Source of the DNA: Octopus sinensis
Lineage: Eukaryota
Reading direction: 5' to 3'
Assembly (NCBI RefSeq): GCF_006345805.1
Contig: NC_043010.1
Coordinates: 8,928,001-8,992,000 of the forward strand
DNA: 64,000 nucleotides
Below the pieces are notes generated by a model. It made no database searches and was not told where the DNA came from. It worked only from the letters and a program-made list of their open reading frames with translations. This document shows positions 55,342-64,000 of this stretch, in pieces. How positions within the stretch are numbered: the first letter of the stretch is position 1; every line of letters begins with the position of its first letter. The translations under genes and the position numbers were made by a program.

Positions 55342-55713
55342 ATATATATCTAAGCACTCAAAGACAAAAACTAATATATGCATGCACTCACGCACAAATG
55401 CAGTAATGTACATGAACATAAATGCAAACACACACACATAGACATATATAAGAGGAATAGCCGCCAAGGTAGATTCCTAATATGCTAGAAGAAGACGCCA
55501 AATCACCTTGCCACAAAAAATAGGTTCTCAGAAATTTTAGCAAATGCCAGAATTTCTCTTGCTTGCATACGTTCTTGTGAACATATTCTTTGTGGTAAGG
55601 CGATTTAGCATCTTCTTATAGGATATTAGGAATCCACATTGGTGGCTATTCCTCTTATTTATATCTCTAATATAATTTATAGTTCTCAGATATTTTAAAA
55701 GTATGTTAGCCAC

Positions 55714-55765
<52 letters not shown>

Positions 55766-55814
55766 AATATTAAATTTCTAAATATCTCATAGAGATATGT
55801 ACAGTGGTGGAGCG

Positions 55815-56084
55815 ATAGAGTGGTTGTATACTGTCAATCTAACGTGACAGTAGGGGATTACACCACCGCTGTTTAGCCCTAGGAAGCATCGACGCTTCCT
55901 GTCAGCTTCGACACATTTCCTGTGTCCTTATATATTTACGAAGGGGAGACAAACACCCCCAACACCAAGGACACAGGAAAAGTGTCACAAGGCCGACAGG
56001 AAGCGTCGATGCTTCCTAGGGTAAACAGCAGTGGTGTAATTCCCTTACAGGACTGTCATGTTAAGTTGACAGTATACAACACTC

Positions 56085-56087
<3 letters not shown>
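55815..56087. mobile_element. Fold-back element / MITE with ~115-bp inverted arms
   Basis: atagagtggttgtatactgtcaa...cctgtgtcctt (55815-55929) pairs with aaggacacagg...ttgacagtatacaacactctat (55967-56087). Next to (TA)n. Confidence 0.7.
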
Positions 56088-56135
<48 letters not shown>

Positions 56136-56480
56136 TATATCCCTATCTCCTCACTGCAAACATACACTCATCTCTTACTTACAAGCATACATACATATAC
56201 ATACATACATACATACATACATACATACATACATACATACATACATACATACATACATACATTCATGCATATACATGAAAGTACTTACACACAGACATGT
56301 TGGAGCAGGCAAAACTGTGTGGTTAAGAAGCTTGCTTTGCAACCATGTGGTTTGGGGTTCAGTCCCAACCGGTTCAGCCACTTGGGCAAATGTCTTCTAC
56401 TAGAGCCCCAAGTTGACCAATGCCTTGCGAGTGAATTTAGTCGGCAGAAATTGTGTGCAAGCCAGCTGTGTATATATATT

Positions 56481-56870
56481 CTCTCTTACTCTTTTACTTG
56501 TTTCAGTCATTTGACTGCGGCCATGCTGGAGCACTGCCTATTAGTCGAGCAAATCGACCCCGAGACTTATTCTTTGTAAGCCCAGTACTTATTCTATCGG
56601 TCTCTTTTGCTGAACCGCTAAGTGACGGGGACGTAAACACACCAGCATCGGTTGTCAAGCAATGCTAGGGGGACAAACACAGACACAAACACACACATAT
56701 ATATACATATATATATGACAGGCTTCTTTCAGTTTCCGTCTACCAAATCCACTCACAAGGCATTGGTCGGGCCGGGGCTATAGCAGAAGACACTTGCCCA
56801 AGATGCCACGCAGTGGGATTGAACCTGGAACCATGTGGTTGGTTAGCAAGCTACTTACCACACAGCCACT
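56481..56870 (-). mobile_element. SINE family A (abuts an older + strand head at 56302-56470)
   Basis: Full-length copy. Confidence 0.9.
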
Positions 56871-57427
56871 CAATGTGGTAATTGTCTTGACCCATCCTGC
56901 ATCTGTTCCTTACAGGTAATATATTGTGTCTCTAGTTGTGTTGCATCAATCAGTGCAGCCTGTGTCACCTCGGGTGTTTGGAATAAAAAGATATCCCACT
57001 ACAGATTGCAGGATGGGTTGAAATGATTATCACGTTGAATAAAGATTTGCACCAAACCCATTTTCTGTTTCCCTCATTAATTACAAAGTAAATGAACACT
57101 GCAGAATTCCTGATGTAGATTCACTGAAAATTATGCTGTAACCTAATAGGCATATACCCAAAATTCAAATAATTACTTATATATACATAAAAATAAAACC
57201 CTTGATTCAAAGACACTGTGTATAAACTCTATACTTGGAATGACCAATTTTAAGTACTATTGGATTTTACTCATAAGGTATTGGAATATTATATGCATAC
57301 CATTCTACTTAAAAATATGGATCTAGAAATGCAATATCTCTACATATCTCACATCTATTTTCTTCCACCTCACTCTCTATTTTATATCTTATCTAAATTA
57401 ACTATTGCTTAACCATCCTCTCACACT

Positions 57428-57475
57428 GTCTCCGATGAAGGGATATAATAAATATCCTGGAAACAGCTGTAAGAC
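57428..57475 (+). ncRNA. Minimal type I hammerhead-like motif (CCGAUGA core variant)
   Basis: GTCT CCGATGA A GGGATAT aataa ATATCCT G GAAA CAGCTG TA AGAC: stem I, stem II, palindromic stem III (ACAGCTGT) and a GUA triplet. Confidence 0.6.
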
Positions 57476-57549
57476 CTTCTATCTATAAAAGTTCTAAAAT
57501 CTACACAGCCTTGGATTTTTATCCCATTACGAAAAAAATTTATATATAT

Positions 57550-57743
57550 GGTGGCATGTAAAAAGCACCCACTACACTCACGGAGTGGTTGGCGTTAGGA
57601 AGGGCATCCAGCCGTAGAAACACTGCCAGATCTGACTGGAGCCTGGTGCAGCCTTCTGGCTTCCCAGAGCCCCGGTCGAACCGTCCAACCCATGTTAGCA
57701 TGGAGAACGGACGTTAAACGATGATGATGATGATGATGATGAT
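57550..57743 (+). mobile_element. SINE family C 3' fragment
   Basis: Matches 30200-30386. Confidence 0.8.
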
Positions 57744-57872
57744 ATATGTCGCAAAGAGGTACATGTTGATACAAAGAGGATTCAGTCAGAATTTTTATGT
57801 TAACATGTTCCTCCCTTGCTACAACGTAGCCTTTAATCTAACCAAGGTATCCTTGGCCTGAAGAGTACTTGG

Positions 57873-57916
<44 letters not shown>

Positions 57917-58157
57917 GTATATGTATACATGAGTGAGTGGACAAACGTAAAAAAAGAGCACTCAGCACATTTAATAGAAATTGCATGTATTATTTAAAAC
58001 AGTCTGATTCACTTCAGTGCTACTTCAAGATTTGCAAGCCCCTAATGGGAGCCCAACTCCTTCAGGTTTCTAGAACGACTGAAGCATGAAAGAATTGAGC
58101 TCCCATTAGGGGCCTGTGAAACAATTCTATGAAGTAGCACAGAATTGAATCAAATTG

Positions 58158-58194
<37 letters not shown>

Positions 58195-59679
58195 TGTATG
58201 TATGTGTGTGTGTGTATATATGTTTGTGTGTGTGTATGTGTGTGTATGAGTGCCTTAACCAATTAACAGTAGGTGTTGGTTTGTTCACATTCAGGTAATT
58301 CAGTGGTTTTGGTAAGAGACAAACAGAATTGTTCTGAAACTTAAAAAAAATAAGAATTGTGGTCAATTTGTTTGACTAAACTCTTGAAGATGCTCCAGCA
58401 TGGGCCATTGTCCAGTGATTGAAATATGTAAAACATAAAAGGTTAACGGTATAAAAATGCATGTATATATTATGAGGGTGTTTTCCTTTTGCTAGAAATA
58501 GCAGCTGAATCTCTTTTATATCATATCCAGCCATCTTAAGAAGGACACATTGGGTAATGTGGTCTTTGGCTTTCTCAACATAGGAAAAAAGCAGGATGGT
58601 CATGGTTGGAATATCTTTAGTTATATGTTTGCTCATTCAAGGTTGAGGTGAGACTAAACACCCACAACAATAACAAGAGCAACAATGTTACCACCACCAC
58701 AACCACCACCACAACCACCACCACCACCACCACCACCACCACCACCACCACCACCACCACCACTGTCAATGGCACCAGTAATCCCTGCAATAATGGCAGT
58801 TCTAATAAGAACAACTGCAATTCTTCTGTCTGTATTTCCGCTCCAAAATACTTTACAACATTTGAAGTTTACACTGTATTTACAGTAGTTTTGGTAAATA
58901 TACCCACCTCTCTCTCTGTTTCTCTCTCTCTCTGTTTCTCTGTCTCTCTCTCTCTCTTACACACACATACAAACACATGTATACATATATCAATCCCTTA
59001 ACCTTAAAAGAAGACAACTGTTCGGAACCGTATGAAATCACAATCAGTAGAAAACCTGGACTATGTTTAAGCCACTGCCACTATTATTAAATGCCATGGA
59101 CCATGCTGTCATTCTTGAAAATGTTCCCCAAATTGCTATCTGTCATAACTGCCAAGCGAACCGAATGTACAATCACAAGAAATGTCTCTTTTAAAATCAC
59201 AGAGTCTTTCATCAAAGTAAGTCATGATATAAATCTATTTCCTACACCCACAAAAATGCATTAGTGGTTGCCTGAGAGAGGTTAACTACAACCTTTTAGG
59301 AAAAGAACATGTCTTAACATTTGTGCAGGCTGTATAGATAGATTTCTCTCTCTCTCTCTCTACTTTTCTTTCATTTTCTCCTATTCTCCTTTTTATTTCT
59401 ATCATTTTTGCGTTTCTAAGTGTCCATGTGTCCATGTATGTATACAAACCCATAAATATATATATATATATATCATATTCTTGGCTATGTCATGTAACTG
59501 GTCAGAATATTATATGCCATAACTAGGAATATACTTGAAATTCATTTAAAGTGAACTTTCTTCCTGACTTATTGATGACCCACTGATAATATATGTATAT
59601 ATGTATGTATGCATGCATGTATATATAGATGTGTGTATAAATATATATACATGTATATGTATATATGTATGTCTGTATA

Positions 59680-59729
<50 letters not shown>

Positions 59730-59732
59730 GAG

Positions 59733-59840
<108 letters not shown>

Positions 59841-59912
59841 TTAAGTGTTCATATTTATACATATGTATGGATGTATATCCATCCATTTATCTATCTATCT
59901 ATATCTATCGAG

Positions 59913-59988
<76 letters not shown>

Positions 59989-60032
59989 ATATATATATAT
60001 ATATACACACACATATCAGTGTATATACACAT

Positions 60033-60073
<41 letters not shown>

Positions 60074-60498
60074 GTTTCTGTGTGTAATGCGTTTGTGTAC
60101 TTGCTATCAATTGCAACCAATTTTTTGCACTCCTTTTGTCTTTTCTTTTAAAATACAGGTTCCTTCCTTTCAAGTTTGAACCTAAATCTTAAGGCCATGA
60201 AAGATACATTACTCAGACCCATACTGATATAATGAGTTAGCATTAAAACCACTCGCCTTATAACTGAATCAAACACATATGATTAACAAATATACTGTCA
60301 CTAGAGTAATTGCTCCAGACATTTTATATTAAATAATCCATGTTTAAACTGTTGATCGTAATTAAATTTAGATAACGGACGCTTTATCAACAGACTTCCA
60401 TAAAACCCAAAGATTCACGCTACTTCCACATAAGTATAGATTTATATATAGCCCCCGTCTCTCCTCAGTTCATATAATTCCATTTTATTTCTGTCATG

Positions 60499-60932
60499 TT
60501 TACTCTTTACTCTTTTACTCTTTTACTTGTTTCACTCATTTGACTGCGGCCATGCTGAAGCACCGCCTTTAATCGAGCAACTCAACCCTGGGACTTATTC
60601 TTTGTAAGCCCAGTACTTATTCTATTGGTCTCTTTTTGCTGAACCGCTAAGTGATGGGGACATAAACACACCAGCATCGGTTGTCAAGCAATGCTAGGGG
60701 GACAAACACAGACACACAAACACACACAGACACACAAACACACACACACACATATATATACATATATACTACAGGCTTCTTTCAGTTTCCATCTACCAAA
60801 TCCACTCACAAGGCATTGGTCGGCCCGGGGCTATAGCAGAAGACACTTGCCCAAGGTGCCACACAGTGGGACTGAACCCGGAACCATGTGGTTGGTAAGC
60901 AAGCTACTTACCACACAGCCACTCCTGCGCCT
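60499..60932 (-). mobile_element. SINE family A
   Basis: Full-length copy ending actcctgcgcct. Confidence 0.9.
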
Positions 60933-61212
60933 TTTTTTTATGGTTTACTCACACCTGTAGTTCAAGGTTTAGTGCACTCTATTTCTAATCCAGAATGTGT
61001 GGGTTCAAATCCCACCTAGCATGAGGATTATTATTTTAGGGGTAGGCATGGCTGTTTGTTTAAGAAGATCACTGTGCAACCATGTTCACTCTCACAGATT
61101 CAGTCTCACAGTGTATTCTTTATTTATATATATATGTGTGTGTATACACATATATATATGTATATATGTATATATGTATGTGTTTATATATATATATATA
61201 TTAATACATACC

Positions 61213-61294
<82 letters not shown>

Positions 61295-61453
61295 TATATT
61301 ATTTCAGGGAATATTATTCCTAACTTACAAGGAAAAATTCAATTTTGAAATACTAAATCAAATTCACAAAATATAGTATATATATTATATAAGAATTACA
61401 AAAAACCACCTTTTATCACCATCTAGAAAATAAAATAAGTTAATTAGACTAAG

Positions 61454-61488
<35 letters not shown>

Positions 61489-62573
61489 TATGCTTGGTCT
61501 AATTAACTTATAGTATCCTAATGCACCATTTAGAATATTTCTCTTGTTATGATTACATTCACACACTCACGCACGCAGAGGGATGCAGACATACACATAT
61601 ACACACAAATGCCCCATCACAACACTGATCTGAAGTGGCTATGGATCATGAAGAATATGCCGCAAGGGCTGACATTTATGGCCATGTGTTGTGCTGGAGA
61701 GAACCCATTTAACTCATGTAAGTATGGAAAAATAGCTATAAAGATTATGGCGCTGTTTATGGTTCGTGATGGAGTTTAGGTTGTATTATAACAACATCTG
61801 GGTTTCTTCTGATCATTTTTTTTTTACTTATAAGTCTTCGTGTATTTCTTCATCTGTTCGTATAATGAGTGACGGAACCCCTTGTTAGATCTGTTTACAT
61901 ACTATCTCCCTCTTACCATTACCCTTTCTTTATTGCTAACTATCAGTTCCTCTCTCCCATTACCGTTTCCTCTATCATTCATTATTGACATCAAACTCTT
62001 CTACTGTCTCTACTTCTCTGATCTTCAATGCTCTCCATCATTCTTTCTCACTTTACTCCTTCCTCTCTCTCTCTCTCTAATCCTTTTGCCTTCTTCTCCA
62101 TCATACACTTATTCTCTCCTCAATCATTCTCTCACTTCCGGTACTCGATCTTCTATCACTTTGTCTCCTTCCTCCTTACCAATAATCATCTGCAAGCTGT
62201 CTATCATTCTCTCTGTTTATTTCCCCCCTTACACCCACCTTTATCACACTCTCACTCCCATCATATATCTATCATTCTGGTCCTCTTTGACCTCCATCTT
62301 TTTCCTTCTCATTAGCTAGTAAATAAAGTTCCTTACCGAGTCATATAGACTCAGGTGTATATATTCCCCACCTGGATTGGATGCTGGTCCATCACAGGAT
62401 TACTCATTTTTGTCAGCTGAGTGGACAGTAGCAATGTGAAATGAAGTGTTTTGCTCAAGAACACGATGCTTTGCCCAATCCAGGAATTGAAACCACAATC
62501 TTACAACCATGAATTCAACACCCTAACCACTAAACCATGCACCTCCACTTTCTTCTCATTAGGTATATGACAT

Positions 62574-62810
62574 AAGGTGGTTAGCTGGCCGAAACGTTAG
62601 CATGCCAGGCGAAATGCTTTGTGGTATTTCGTCCACCACTACGTTCTGAGTTCAAATTTTGTCAAGGTCGACTTTCCCTTTCATCTTTTCGGGGTTGATA
62701 AATTAAGTACCAGTTATGCACTGGGGTCGATGTAATCAGCGTAATCCGTTTGTCTGTCCTTGTTTGTCCTCTCTGTGTTTAGCCCCTTGTGGGTAGTAAA
62801 GAAATAGGTA
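62574..62810 (+). mobile_element. SINE family B with 13-bp TSD
   Basis: TSD taggtatatgaca at 62560-62572 and 62805-62817. Confidence 0.9.
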
Positions 62811-63670
62811 TATGACAATCATTTGTTGCTAGTGACACAAAACAAAGTACTCATTATGCTTTGTAAAGTGATTAGTAACCAACCAAAATCAATATAGAGT
62901 AGAGAGCTCTCTTTAGCCTAGCCATGGACAAGGCTTCCTCTCTAGTGCTGGTGTCTTACTGAAACATATCCTATATATTCTGTAAAGTGGTTATTGATAG
63001 AAAGGATCTCCAGTCATTTGAAAAATGTTAGAAATGGAAATGTGCAAGCAAGACATAATTTCCAACGATGATGATGATGATAGCAATGATGATAATGACA
63101 ACAACAAAGACCATGATAATGAAGATGCAGATGACGATTGTGATGGGATGGTAATAATTATGATGATAACGATGATGATGATATTTAACTTTGGGTCGCT
63201 TTTGTACTCTCCTCAATGCAGTTTTCACCTGGAGCACATGAAATGCAATACATACCTTAGCAAACATGCTTTTTTACCACAAGCAAGTTTTCAGCAGTGA
63301 TCTGTTACATCAACTGATTACATATCAAAAATCTGCAACCAACCTATGTAACTTATTAAATGTAATCTTTACAGAATTGCAGGAAAGAAAAACATGCATG
63401 CAAATATGCATTCTAAAACTTATATACTTCCTCAAATATAAAATCATATATACATCATCCACTCATATATACATACATATATACATAAGTACATACATAC
63501 ATACATACATACATACGTACGTACGTACGTACATACATACATATACATATATACACATGCACACATACATATACATATATACACACGCACACATACATAT
63601 ATATATATATAGAGAGAGAGAGATGTGTGTGGGCAGTGGTAAGAGTGAATGTGTGTGTGCATATATATAT

Positions 63671-64000
63671 TCTTTTACTCTTTTACTTGTTTCAGTCATT
63701 TGACTGCGGCCATGCTGGAGCACCTCCTTTAGTCGAGCAACTCGACCCCGGGGCTTATTCTTTGTAAGCCCAGTACTTATTCTATCGGTCTCTTTTGCCG
63801 AACCGCTAAGTGACGGCGACGTAAACACACCAGCATCGGTTGTCAAGCAATGCTAGGGGGACAAACCCAGACACACAAACACAACACACATACATATATA
63901 TATATACATATATACGACAGGCTTCTTTCAGTTTCCGTCTACCAAATCCACTCACAAGGCATTGGTCGGCCCGGGGCTATAGCAGAAGACACTTGCCCAA
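63671..64000 (-). mobile_element. SINE family A (cut by window end)
   Basis: Tail and body match consensus. Confidence 0.9.

Noticed and set aside
61880-62320. 145-aa Leu/Ser-rich ORF
   Set aside because: CT-rich low-complexity DNA explains the composition.

Overview
AT-rich, microsatellite-dense metazoan non-coding DNA with no supportable intact host gene. The SINE families present suggest an octopus genome (inference from recognition of the repeat types, not a database result). The window holds many tRNA-derived SINEs, two decayed mariner transposases, a decayed Penelope-like element (PLE; RT-thumb and GIY-YIG remnant), RTE and CR1-like LINE 3' ends, piggyBac-type MITEs and Helitron/Helentron-like elements. 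The main discovery is at 13.1-22.1 kb: near-identical ~476-bp monomers, each carrying a type I hammerhead ribozyme fold (CUGACGA...GAAA...AUA cleavage site). There are 16 complete copies plus 2 half copies. They are arranged as two divergent (fold-back) arrays of about 3.6 + 5 units, embedded in (TA)n and repeated as a ~4.9-kb tandem duplication. This looks like a retrozyme-type (non-coding, ribozyme-processed, probably circular RNA) retroelement inserted by twin priming. Further minimal hammerhead-like motifs with a CCGANGA core occur at 25.6 and 57.4 kb, with decayed relatives at 46.1 and 48.7 kb.
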